Of a stretch of DNA of 64,000 bases, positions 19,047 through 27,692 are shown piece by piece. A program made the position numbers and the translations under genes. The notes beneath the pieces were generated by a model. It worked only from the letters and a program-made list of their open reading frames with translations. It was not told the origin of the DNA and did no database searches. Positions within the stretch are counted from its first letter, which is position 1; the number at the start of each line of letters is the position of its first letter. The stretch is from contig CANJXG010000003.1 in NCBI GenBank assembly GCA_947478905.1, positions 2,337-66,336 on the forward strand, given 5' to 3'. This DNA is from Coxiellaceae bacterium. GTDB lineage: Bacteria > Pseudomonadota > Gammaproteobacteria > Berkiellales > Berkiellaceae.

Positions 19047-19511
19047 ATGCCATCGAAAAGGTTAAAATATTTTTTAGATAGTAATAAGGTGCCATATCAA
19101 ATTATGAATCATCCTATTGCTTTTTCAGCATTAGAGATCTCTCAAAGCAGTCATATACCTGAAAATAGTCTAGCTAAAAGTGTTATTGTTAAAACACCCA
19201 CAAAAATGTTAATGTGTGTAATAAGCGCAAATGAGGTGCTTGATCTTGTATTGTTAAAAACAGTATTAAATCTCAAAGATATTGCGCTTGCAACTGAAGA
19301 AGAATTTGCAAGGGAATTTCCAGACTGTGAAGTAGGCGCTATGCCTCCTTTTGGTAATTTATATGAAATGGATATTTATATTTCAGATAAGTTAGCTCAA
19401 AATACGGAAATATTTTTTAATGCAGGGAATCATTCTGAAGTAATAAAAGTATCATATAAAGCGTATGATGCTTTAGTTCACCCTAAAAAAGCTCATATTA
19501 CAATACCATAA
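19047..19511 (+). CDS. YbaK/EbsC-family aminoacyl-tRNA deacylase domain protein
   Basis: About 155 aa with LAKSVIVK, EFPDCEVGAMPPFGNLY and FFNAG motifs. Confidence 0.7.
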   Translation: MPSKRLKYFLDSNKVPYQIMNHPIAFSALEISQSSHIPENSLAKSVIVKTPTKMLMCVISANEVLDLVLLKTVLNLKDIALATEEEFAREFPDCEVGAMPPFGNLYEMDIYISDKLAQNTEIFFNAGNHSEVIKVSYKAYDALVHPKKAHITIP

Positions 19512-19521
19512 TAGGAAAGTT

Positions 19522-20121
19522 ATGTCTATTCTTAACCAGCTCACCAGTGAGCTGGATTTTTTTTATATATCTGCGCATCAACAATTTCCTTTAATGTTGA
19601 AAATAATCGGTGCACTTTGGATATTTAATATTGTTAATTGGAGTCTGGGATCCGTATTTAATAATTTGGGTATTTTACCTAGAGCCCCACGTGGTTTAAT
19701 CGGTATTATTTTCTCTCCTATTTTGCATGCTAATTTTAATCATTTGTTTTTTAATTCTTTTCCTTTATTTGCATTAGCTTTGTTTGTTTTATCCCAAGGG
19801 GTTACTTTATTTTTATGGGTAACAGGGTTGATTATGTTTATGAGTGGTGCTGCCGTATGGTTAGTAGGCCGCTGGGGTAATCATATAGGGGCCAGTAGTT
19901 TAATTGCGGGTTATTTTGGATATTTATTGGCTTGTGCGTATCATCAGCCTACGATTATTAGTTTATTTTTAGGAGCCGTTTCTATTTATTATTTTGGAGG
20001 TATCTTTTTTAGTTTGTTTCCAACCGAAGAAAAAGTATCTTGGGAAGGCCATTTAACTGGATTTTTAGCTGGACTAGCTACAATGTATATTTGTCAAGAA
20101 ATATTAAGGATACCATATTGA
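19522..20121 (+). CDS. Rhomboid-family intramembrane serine protease
   Basis: HANFNHLFFN, GASS (GxSG-like) in a TM, and a late GHLTGFLAG histidine. Confidence 0.7.
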   Translation: MSILNQLTSELDFFYISAHQQFPLMLKIIGALWIFNIVNWSLGSVFNNLGILPRAPRGLIGIIFSPILHANFNHLFFNSFPLFALALFVLSQGVTLFLWVTGLIMFMSGAAVWLVGRWGNHIGASSLIAGYFGYLLACAYHQPTIISLFLGAVSIYYFGGIFFSLFPTEEKVSWEGHLTGFLAGLATMYICQEILRIPY

Positions 20122-21024
20122 ATGATTAGTGATAAGAAAGTTTTAGAATGTAAAGAATATCTTCTTAATTTACAGACTATTATATGCGATGCATTACAAA
20201 AATTAGATACACAAACCTTTATAACGGATAAATGGGAGTACACTCAAAGTGGGGGGGGGCAATCCCGGGTCTTACAAAATGGTTCGGTGTTTGAAAGAGC
20301 AGGCGTTAATTTTTCTCATATTAAAGGAAATAAATTGCCGCCTTCTGCGACATTACAACGTCCGGAACTTGAAAATAAGGCATTTGAGGCGATGGGATTA
20401 TCCTTAGTGATTCATCCTAAAAACCCTTTTGTTCCAACCGTTCATGCTAATTTTAGGTTATTCGTTGCTAATAATATTTGGTGGTTTGGAGGAGGATATG
20501 ATTTAACCCCCTATTACGGATTTAGAGAAGACATTATTCATTGGCATCAAACTGCTTATAATGCGTGTGCTCCGTTTGGAGATGAAATTTATTATGTGTA
20601 TAAGAAAGCAGCTGATGATTATTTTTATAATAAACACCGTCAAGAAGCACGAGGCGTTGGTGGATTATTTTTTGATGATTTAAATGAAGGATCTTTTGAT
20701 GCCTGTTTTGCCTTAGTACAATCCATTGCGAATAGCTTTCTAAGCGCCTATTTGCCAATTGTGGAAAAACGTAAAGATACGGCTTATACCGATGCACAAA
20801 GAAACTTTCAACTTACCCGACGGGGTCGTTACGTTGAATTTAATTTAGTGTATGACAGAGGCACATTATTTGGGTTACAATCCGGAGGGAGAATAGAATC
20901 TATTTTAATGTCCTTGCCCCCTACTGTTATGTGGGCATATAATTGGATTGCCGAAAAAGGGAGCCCAGAAGCTGAATTGATAGATTTTTTCTTGAAACCT
21001 CAAAATTGGCTAAGCCTCACCTAA
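20122..21024 (+). CDS. hemF: Oxygen-dependent coproporphyrinogen III oxidase
   Basis: W...[58 protein letters not shown]. Confidence 0.9.
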   Translation: MISDKKVLECKEYLLNLQTIICDALQKLDTQTFITDKWEYTQSGGGQSRVLQNGSVFERAGVNFSHIKGNKLPPSATLQRPELENKAFEAMGLSLVIHPKNPFVPTVHANFRLFVANNIWWFGGGYDLTPYYGFREDIIHWHQTAYNACAPFGDEIYYVYKKAADDYFYNKHRQEARGVGGLFFDDLNEGSFDACFALVQSIANSFLSAYLPIVEKRKDTAYTDAQRNFQLTRRGRYVEFNLVYDRGTLFGLQSGGRIESILMSLPPTVMWAYNWIAEKGSPEAELIDFFLKPQNWLSLT

Positions 21025-21293
21025 TGCTAACCCCTCAACTGTGGTATCTTTATATGATTCGATGTTCAGATAATTCACTTTACACTGGTATTACTATAGA
21101 TGTTTCGCGTCGATTTTCTGAACATCTCGCTCAAGGTAAAAAATGTGCTAAATACTTACGAGGAAAAGCCCCGCTTACACTAGTCTACCAACTACCTGTT
21201 CTGGGCAAACGTGAAGCATATCAATTAGAAAAAAAGTTTAAAAAGCTTTCAAAAATAGAAAAAGAATTAAATATATCAAAGCTTCACAAATAA
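21006..21293 (+). CDS. GIY-YIG nuclease-family small protein (UPF0213)
   Basis: [23 protein letters not shown] motif. Overlaps the hemF 3' end. Confidence 0.75.
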   Translation: MAKPHLMLTPQLWYLYMIRCSDNSLYTGITIDVSRRFSEHLAQGKKCAKYLRGKAPLTLVYQLPVLGKREAYQLEKKFKKLSKIEKELNISKLHK

Positions 21294-21296
21294 GCG

Positions 21297-22043
21297 TTAT
21301 ATTTTTTTTATTTTTTTGGTTATTGAAAAATACAACCAATAGGGCAGCATGCTTATTATTTTTAAAAAATTTGCAAACAAGAAAGGAAATCTAGATTCAA
21401 ATTGATTGTTGTTCATATTTTTAATAATTTTTTTTGCAGCATCTTCTGGTGTCATAATAGATGGCATATAAAACTTATTGAGATTTGTCAATCTGGTTTT
21501 CACAAACCCAGGATTAATAATTTGAATTTTTAAATTGTAATTAGATAAATCACATTTTAAGTTTTCGGCTAAATGAATAAGTCCTGCCTTACTTGCGCCG
21601 TATCCTAAGCTGTTTGGAAGACCTCTGTACCCAGCAATGCTTCCGATTAGAACAATATGACCTTGTTTTTTATTAATGAATTCAGGAATAATGCAATTGA
21701 GGGCTCTGGTGGCGCCTGTTAAATTAACATCTATCATTTTTTCAATATCTTCTATATTCATAGCAATAGAAGACATTGGCTTATAGTAGCCAGCACAATA
21801 AATAAAAGTATCTATGGTTCCACATTGCTTTTTTATTTCATTCCAAGCATTTAAAATAGATTCTTTATTTGAGACATCTAATGAAATAGGTAAATTTTTC
21901 TTGACGAGTGCTTTAGATAATTCCTCAAGGCGATCTTGGCTTCGAGCAGACAGAATCAGAAAATTATTTTCTTCTTTAGAAAGCGCTTTTGCTAATGCTC
22001 TGCCTATTCCTTCGCTTGCTCCAATTAACCATATTTTATTCAT
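21297..22043 (-). CDS. Short-chain dehydrogenase/reductase (SDR)
   Basis: GASEGIGRA cofactor motif, YGASKAG catalytic Y-x3-K. Confidence 0.8.
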   Translation of the reverse strand: MNKIWLIGASEGIGRALAKALSKEENNFLILSARSQDRLEELSKALVKKNLPISLDVSNKESILNAWNEIKKQCGTIDTFIYCAGYYKPMSSIAMNIEDIEKMIDVNLTGATRALNCIIPEFINKKQGHIVLIGSIAGYRGLPNSLGYGASKAGLIHLAENLKCDLSNYNLKIQIINPGFVKTRLTNLNKFYMPSIMTPEDAAKKIIKNMNNNQFESRFPFLFANFLKIISMLPYWLYFSITKKIKKI

Positions 22044-22052
22044 TATTTTTCT

Positions 22053-23207
22053 CTAATTTGAAATTTCTATTTGCATAACATTCGTTCTGTTTGATTCAAA
22101 AGCTGCAATACTTAAGCTAAGATAAAAATTCCAAGCTCGTAAAAAAGAGATTGAATAATTTGCTTTAATTAACTTTTCACTTTTTTCATTAAATGTTTTT
22201 TGCCATTGCTTTAGTGTCCAAGCATAATCTTGTCCAAATTCAAACGTATCAACGACCTCAAGTCCAGCCTTATTTGCTAAAGTACAGAACTTTTGCTTAG
22301 AGGATAACATACCTCCAGGAAAAACATGATGCCTTATATAGTCACTTTGTTTTCTGTATGCAGAAAACAAAGTATCTCCTATTGTTATTGTTTGAACGAT
22401 TACTTTTCCTCCTGTAACAAGAGATGATTTTAGAGTTTTAAAATAAGTTGGCCAGTATTTCTCGCCTACCGCTTCAAACATTTCAATTGAGACGATTCGC
22501 TCGTATTTAGATTTTACATCTCGATAATCTTGCAATAGAATATCTGCTTGTTTACCAAGTCTATTTTTACAAAAATGGTATTGATTCTTAGAAATAGTAA
22601 TCCCGGTTATGTTTGCGTTTTTTTTTATTGCTTGCTCGGCAAATCCACCCCATCCACACCCAATTTCCAATACTTTTTTATTACTTAAATCAAGCTTTTT
22701 AATAATACGATTATACTTATTGAGCTGTGCTTGTTCTAAAGTGTCATTGAGTTCATTTCTTATTCCAGATGAGTACGTCATTGTTGGATCTAACCATAAA
22801 CTATAAAAATCATTTCCAATGTCATAATGTTTGAATATATTTTTTTTACTCCCATACTTTGTATTGAGTCGCAAAACTTTATTATAAAAATAAAAAATAA
22901 ATTGATTTAATAATGTTCCCTTAATATTTTCTTGAAAATCTTGTACATTAAGCGAACAATAAATCAAAAATTCTGTTAGTTCAGGACTATCCCATAAGCC
23001 CATATAGTAGGCCTCTCCTAGACCAATATCACCTCGTTTAGCAACCATATCTATAGCTCGCCAATCTTTGAGTATGAGTTCACAGCTTGGCCCTTTTTTT
23101 GAACCAGCAATATAAAGTTCTGTATTGTCGGGCATTTGAATTTTAATGTTGCCGATAGTTGCTTTTTCAATAATCTTTTTAAGATAATTTTTCTTTTTTT
23201 CTGACAT
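22053..23207 (-). CDS. Cyclopropane-fatty-acyl-phospholipid synthase-family SAM methyltransferase
   Basis: HYD.GNDFY..WLD..M.YSS, VLEIGCGWGGFA, IVSIEMFEAVG. Confidence 0.8.
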   Translation of the reverse strand: MSEKKKNYLKKIIEKATIGNIKIQMPDNTELYIAGSKKGPSCELILKDWRAIDMVAKRGDIGLGEAYYMGLWDSPELTEFLIYCSLNVQDFQENIKGTLLNQFIFYFYNKVLRLNTKYGSKKNIFKHYDIGNDFYSLWLDPTMTYSSGIRNELNDTLEQAQLNKYNRIIKKLDLSNKKVLEIGCGWGGFAEQAIKKNANITGITISKNQYHFCKNRLGKQADILLQDYRDVKSKYERIVSIEMFEAVGEKYWPTYFKTLKSSLVTGGKVIVQTITIGDTLFSAYRKQSDYIRHHVFPGGMLSSKQKFCTLANKAGLEVVDTFEFGQDYAWTLKQWQKTFNEKSEKLIKANYSISFLRAWNFYLSLSIAAFESNRTNVMQIEISN

Positions 23208-23215
23208 ACAAATCC

Positions 23216-23986
23216 TTAAGTAATATCTATTTTTGGTTTAGAGGGCTTTTTAAAGTACGGAACTTTTTTTATCCATAGATTTAAAGCGTGATAATGAATG
23301 AAAAATATGACTTTAAGTGTCATAAAATGATATTTGAAAAAATATTTTATTAAATTTCTATCAGAAAGTATTTTTCTTGTTCCACGAATTGAAGTGCTAA
23401 TTATTTTTTTCTTCTCTTTTTCATAATAATCAATAGTAATATTCATTTTATTTAAATCAATATCAAAACTAAATATATAATATCCTTTTGTCTCACAAAA
23501 AGGCGAAACATGTAATATTTTTTTATGAAAAATATAGTCTGTTTTTTTTATGGGCGAGAGATTTTTATTAAAACATAAATAGCCATGACGCTCTTTGAAA
23601 GTATTATTGACTTCTGCCAAAACAGCACACAATTCTTTTGTTTTGTTAAAACATAGCCAAAAACTAGTGGGATTAAAACTATATCCAATCACTTTTGGCA
23701 AACTAATAAGCAAAACATCTTCTATGCATTCAGTTTCTAGTTTTGCATTTTTTAAGACATTAAAAATATAACTTTTTGGATCATCAAATGATTCGAACCC
23801 GTAATCTTTCCAAAATACACTAAATAGATTCAATCGGTTTATAGAAAACAATTTTGTCTTTATATTTCCATAGAGGTCGTTTAAATTTAAAGCTAAAAAA
23901 AATAAGCCATGTAAAAACTCATAGTTTACCGGCTGGTGTCTTTTGTGATAAATCTTGGCTTCTAAAATTCCAGAGTTGGTTATCAT
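23216..23986 (-). CDS. DUF1365-family protein
   Basis: G.I.H.R..P..Y.F N-terminus, size, and its conserved position between cfa-like and FAD-oxidase genes. Confidence 0.65.
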   Translation of the reverse strand: MITNSGILEAKIYHKRHQPVNYEFLHGLFFLALNLNDLYGNIKTKLFSINRLNLFSVFWKDYGFESFDDPKSYIFNVLKNAKLETECIEDVLLISLPKVIGYSFNPTSFWLCFNKTKELCAVLAEVNNTFKERHGYLCFNKNLSPIKKTDYIFHKKILHVSPFCETKGYYIFSFDIDLNKMNITIDYYEKEKKKIISTSIRGTRKILSDRNLIKYFFKYHFMTLKVIFFIHYHALNLWIKKVPYFKKPSKPKIDIT

Positions 23987-23992
23987 ATTTTT

Positions 23993-25252
23993 TTAAATTA
24001 TTTTTTTTAAAATATTCATTGTGCTCCAAATTCCATCCTCATGAAATCCATATCGTAAATATGCGCCACAAAACCAAACTTTATGAGCGCCTTGTATTGT
24101 ATCTATTTCTTTTATTCCTTCTATAGATGCATAATTAAAAACAGGATGCTCAAATTCATAAATATCAAAAGTTTTATTTTTAGGAATAGGAGAAATTGGG
24201 TTGAGAGTCACCAATACAATAAAATCTTCTGGAATATGTTGTAACTTATTCATATAATAAGTTACAGAAGCTTTATTTTTTACTGAATTTTTTTCGTAAA
24301 TATAATTCCAGCTGCTCCAGCATTTTTTTAGTTTTGGCATTTGATGTACATCATTATGTAAATAAACTATATTTTTTTGGCTAGAAAATTTTGACAAACA
24401 GCTGCTTTCTTGTGGGCTCGGATCTTTTAAGATTTTTAAAATTTCTGTGGGATGACACGCAAAAACAACCTCATCGAAATGATCGGTTTGATTCGAATTC
24501 CTTTGTTTTATTTCTACACCTTCTGGTGCTCGTGTTATTGAAAATAGAGAAGCATTTTTAATGATTGTAGCATCTTGATTAATTAACGCTTCTAAAGCTT
24601 TAACATAATCAATACTCTTGTTTTTTAGAGTATACCATTGCAGCTTGTTTTTAAAGCTAAGCAATCCATGGTTTTGAAAAAAATTAATAAAACTCGAAGC
24701 TGGAAACTCTATTATTTGCTCATAGGAGCAACTCCAAATTGCGCTGCTTATAGGTATTAGATAATAATTTTTAAACCAAGCCCCTAATTTGAGCTTATCA
24801 ATAAGCTCTTGAATGGTTAACTTTGGAAAATCCTTGACAAGTTGTACAGCTTTTTTGTTAAACTTATAAATGTCAAAAGCGCCTTTGAGCATTGAAAAGT
24901 TAAGTATATTTTTGCGTTGCGCAAAAAAAGAATCTATTAACTTGGAAGACCATTCAAGTTCCCCATTATTACCAGAAAAAGAAAAAGACATTTCAGTTTT
25001 AACGAGTTGTATTTTTAAAAAAGAAAAAAGAGCATTTAAATTTGGATAAGTACGGTCATTGAGTACAATAAAACCAGTATCAACATCAATTTTTTGATGA
25101 TTATTATTTTGTAAACTTATAGTTCTACTATGGCCGCCAAGGCGATCATTTTTTTCATAGAGCGTAATATGATGTTTGTCTTTTAGAAAATAGGCCATGC
25201 TTAAACCGGAAATACCGGAGCCGATGATAGCTATTCGTTTTTTTATAGTCAT
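23993..25252 (-). CDS. FAD-dependent oxidoreductase (amine-oxidase / desaturase-like)
   Basis: N-terminal IAIIGSGISGLS dinucleotide-binding motif followed by YEK..RLGGH. Confidence 0.8.
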   Translation of the reverse strand: MTIKKRIAIIGSGISGLSMAYFLKDKHHITLYEKNDRLGGHSRTISLQNNNHQKIDVDTGFIVLNDRTYPNLNALFSFLKIQLVKTEMSFSFSGNNGELEWSSKLIDSFFAQRKNILNFSMLKGAFDIYKFNKKAVQLVKDFPKLTIQELIDKLKLGAWFKNYYLIPISSAIWSCSYEQIIEFPASSFINFFQNHGLLSFKNKLQWYTLKNKSIDYVKALEALINQDATIIKNASLFSITRAPEGVEIKQRNSNQTDHFDEVVFACHPTEILKILKDPSPQESSCLSKFSSQKNIVYLHNDVHQMPKLKKCWSSWNYIYEKNSVKNKASVTYYMNKLQHIPEDFIVLVTLNPISPIPKNKTFDIYEFEHPVFNYASIEGIKEIDTIQGAHKVWFCGAYLRYGFHEDGIWSTMNILKKII

Positions 25253-25405
25253 AATTTTTCGTATTTAGTTTAAAAACTGGCTTTCATGAAAATGATCTCT
25301 CTTCTTTGTTTAGCACATGATCAGCTTATATTGGGTGAAAAAGTTCATCAAACACAGAGTTATGGCATAATGAGAATTTCATACACATTATAAAGGTGCT
25401 TTTTT

Positions 25406-26116
25406 ATGATAAAGATAAGGAATTCATTTTTTTATTTTAGTTTAGTATTCGCGGTTATGTTGCCAATACAGGGGTGGGCTGAGCAAGATGGAAAGAATAA
25501 AATAGAATCAAATATAGCATTAAGTAAGCTAATGGATGGTAATAAACGTTATCTTGCAGGCCAATCTACCTGTGGGTGGACTCATACTCCTACAGATGCT
25601 CAAAGAAGAGAACAGTTAGCTAATATGCAAAAACCTTTTGCGATCATTTTAGGATGTTCGGATTCTCGGGTTCCACCAGAAATTATTTTTGATCAGCGCT
25701 TAGGGGATATCTTTGTTATACGAGTGGCTGGTAATCTTCTGGATGATCTTGTCTTAGGGAGTATTGAGTATGCTGCTAAATATTTAGCAGCGCCTACGCC
25801 ACTTATATTTGTTTTAGGGCATGAAAAATGTGGAGCGGTTATGGCTGCCGTGCAAGCAAAAGAATCTGGAGTACGATTTAATAATAATATTTCTAGTATT
25901 GTGAATAAATTATCTTCTGTTATTTTAAAAACAAAAAAAATACCAGGACAGGATTTTGTTGATGATGTTATTATCAATAATATTAAAACAATAGTAAGTC
26001 AACTTAAATCTTCTTCGCCTATTTTAAAGGAAGCAGTAAGCAATAATGATTTAATGATTGTTGGAGGTCGTTATGATTTGGATACAGGTAAAGTGACTTT
26101 AATTGAAAAAGGGTAA
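25406..26116 (+). CDS. Beta-class carbonic anhydrase with signal peptide
   Basis: CSDSRVPPE and GHEKCGAV zinc-ligand motifs. N-terminal hydrophobic leader. Confidence 0.85.
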   Translation: MIKIRNSFFYFSLVFAVMLPIQGWAEQDGKNKIESNIALSKLMDGNKRYLAGQSTCGWTHTPTDAQRREQLANMQKPFAIILGCSDSRVPPEIIFDQRLGDIFVIRVAGNLLDDLVLGSIEYAAKYLAAPTPLIFVLGHEKCGAVMAAVQAKESGVRFNNNISSIVNKLSSVILKTKKIPGQDFVDDVIINNIKTIVSQLKSSSPILKEAVSNNDLMIVGGRYDLDTGKVTLIEKG

Positions 26117-26138
26117 GCATACTAGTTTAGATAAGGCA

Positions 26139-26387
26139 ATGAAACCAAGTATTCGTTGGCTTGAAAATATGTGTTGTATTACTAAAGTCGTACTAGGTAT
26201 TTCAGAATCTTGTCGTCATAAATATGCCCCCGGAACATTGCGTTTTAAAATGGATGTGGACGGGGGCATTAAATTAAATGGCTATTCCGGATTAGGAGTC
26301 ACCGATATTTTTATTAAAATAGACCCTATTACGGAGCGAGAACGTATTAAAGCATTGATAAAAGAAAGGTTTTTTACCCCTTCTTGA
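26139..26387 (+). CDS. Hypothetical small protein
   Basis: ORF only. ATG at 26139 preferred over the TTG at 26103, which overlaps the carbonic anhydrase gene. Confidence 0.3.
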   Translation: MKPSIRWLENMCCITKVVLGISESCRHKYAPGTLRFKMDVDGGIKLNGYSGLGVTDIFIKIDPITERERIKALIKERFFTPS

Positions 26388-26393
26388 TTGTTT

Positions 26394-26432
26394 CTCAAAA
26401 TAGACTTATACTTAAAATAAGTCTATTTTGAG
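26394..26432. promoter_or_regulatory. Perfect 16-bp inverted repeat (ctcaaaatagacttat N7 ataagtctattttgag): candidate operator and/or terminator
   Basis: Read directly. Ends 27 nt upstream of the antitoxin ATG. No T-tract follows it. Confidence 0.4.
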
Positions 26433-26458
26433 ACTGTTAAGTGAAAGGGGAGGCAAAA

Positions 26459-26872
26459 ATGAATGCATTTACACCTATACAAAAAACAGAATTAAATAAA
26501 AATAAAATTGGCCTTGCGGGTTTTCAGGCCTTTTTAAGGATTGCTGAAAAATGGAAGCTTAAAATTGAACAACAAAGAACTTTATTAGGAGATATACCTA
26601 AGTCAACTTACTATAAATGGAAGCATCATGTGGATGCTTGCGAAAGTTTTAGTTTGCCTAAAGATAGTTTAGAACGTATTTCTTATATTTTAGGAATATA
26701 TAAGGCTTTGCATATTTTACTCCCCGATGATAAATCGGCTAACCATTGGATATATAAAAATAATTCCGCACCTCTTTTTAATAATACCACTGCACTCGAT
26801 AAAATGCTGGTAGGAAATGTCATTGATTTAGCCGATGTTAGACGATTTTTAGATGCGCAAAGAGGACTATAA
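26459..26872 (+). CDS. Xre/ParS/MbcA-type antitoxin (DUF2384 toxin-binding domain)
   Basis: About 137 aa upstream of and overlapping a RES gene. C-terminal pattern W....N..L.G..P..L......G...V...L. SD aggggagg lies upstream of the ATG at 26459. Confidence 0.7.
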   Translation: MNAFTPIQKTELNKNKIGLAGFQAFLRIAEKWKLKIEQQRTLLGDIPKSTYYKWKHHVDACESFSLPKDSLERISYILGIYKALHILLPDDKSANHWIYKNNSAPLFNNTTALDKMLVGNVIDLADVRRFLDAQRGL

Positions 26873-27578
26873 TATACAGGATTTTCTTGAGGTAAGACTT
26901 GATTGGTCTCATACCTTTAGAATTATTCCCTCAAGATTTCCTCCTATTAATTTTTTTGAAGATTTAGTCGATGCTGCCTTAATGGAAGAACTATTCCATA
27001 TTGAGAGTCTGACGAATGATAGATTGCGCTGTGAAGTAGGAAATTTAGGCTTAGTTCAAAAATCAGATAGAGTCAGTGGCAAAGGTTCAAGCGTGATAAT
27101 GGCTTCTTTTACCCATATCTCCACTGCGGCACCCACTCGTTTTTCAAAAGGGGATTTCGGTGTTTATTATGCTGCTAAAACCTTAGAAACGGCTATAAAA
27201 GAAACGATTTATCACCGTGAAAAATTTTTATCTTATACGCTTGAGCCTGCTTGTGAATTAACTATGCGGGTCTATAAAAGTAATAAATTACTCAAAACCT
27301 TAGTAGATTTACGCAGATCTGATCATCCTTTGTATCTACAAATACATAATCCTTATTTTTATACTATTTCTCAAATGATAGGCTGTGAATTACAAAAAGC
27401 TAATGCTTGGGGAATGGTTTATAGCAGCGTACGAGATACACAAGGAGAATGCGTTGCTATTTTGCGCCCACCCGCTATTCCACTTCCTGTTACCCCGGTC
27501 AAGCATTTAAAATACGTTTGGAATGGGCAAAAAATTCATCATGTTTATGACATCGGCCCAAATATTTTGGAAGTTTAA
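26853..27578 (+). CDS. RES-domain toxin (NAD+-targeting RES family)
   Basis: Ordered R (FRIIPSRFPP), RFS..GDFGVYYAA..LETAI.E and YSSVRD serine motif. 20-nt overlap with the antitoxin. Confidence 0.8.
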   Translation: MRKEDYNIQDFLEVRLDWSHTFRIIPSRFPPINFFEDLVDAALMEELFHIESLTNDRLRCEVGNLGLVQKSDRVSGKGSSVIMASFTHISTAAPTRFSKGDFGVYYAAKTLETAIKETIYHREKFLSYTLEPACELTMRVYKSNKLLKTLVDLRRSDHPLYLQIHNPYFYTISQMIGCELQKANAWGMVYSSVRDTQGECVAILRPPAIPLPVTPVKHLKYVWNGQKIHHVYDIGPNILEV

Positions 27579-27599
27579 CTTATTATTTTTAGTATAATT

Positions 27600-27627
27600 T
27601 TGCATTGCACCGAACTTCAGGTATAAT
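27600..27627 (+). promoter_or_regulatory. Sigma-70-like promoter TTGCAT-N16-TATAAT
   Basis: Read directly, 65 nt upstream of the ATG at 27693. Confidence 0.35.
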
Positions 27628-27692
27628 GCTAACTAAGAGATTTATTTAAATATAATATGTAAATACAAGATAAAAGGGGAAGGGGAAGTAGT

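Noticed and set aside
26103-26138. A TTG-initiated extension of the small ORF that overlaps the carbonic anhydrase stop.
   Set aside because: The in-frame ATG at 26139 removes the overlap, and the extension (MKKGKHTSLDKA) has no supporting signal. The gene itself remains low confidence.
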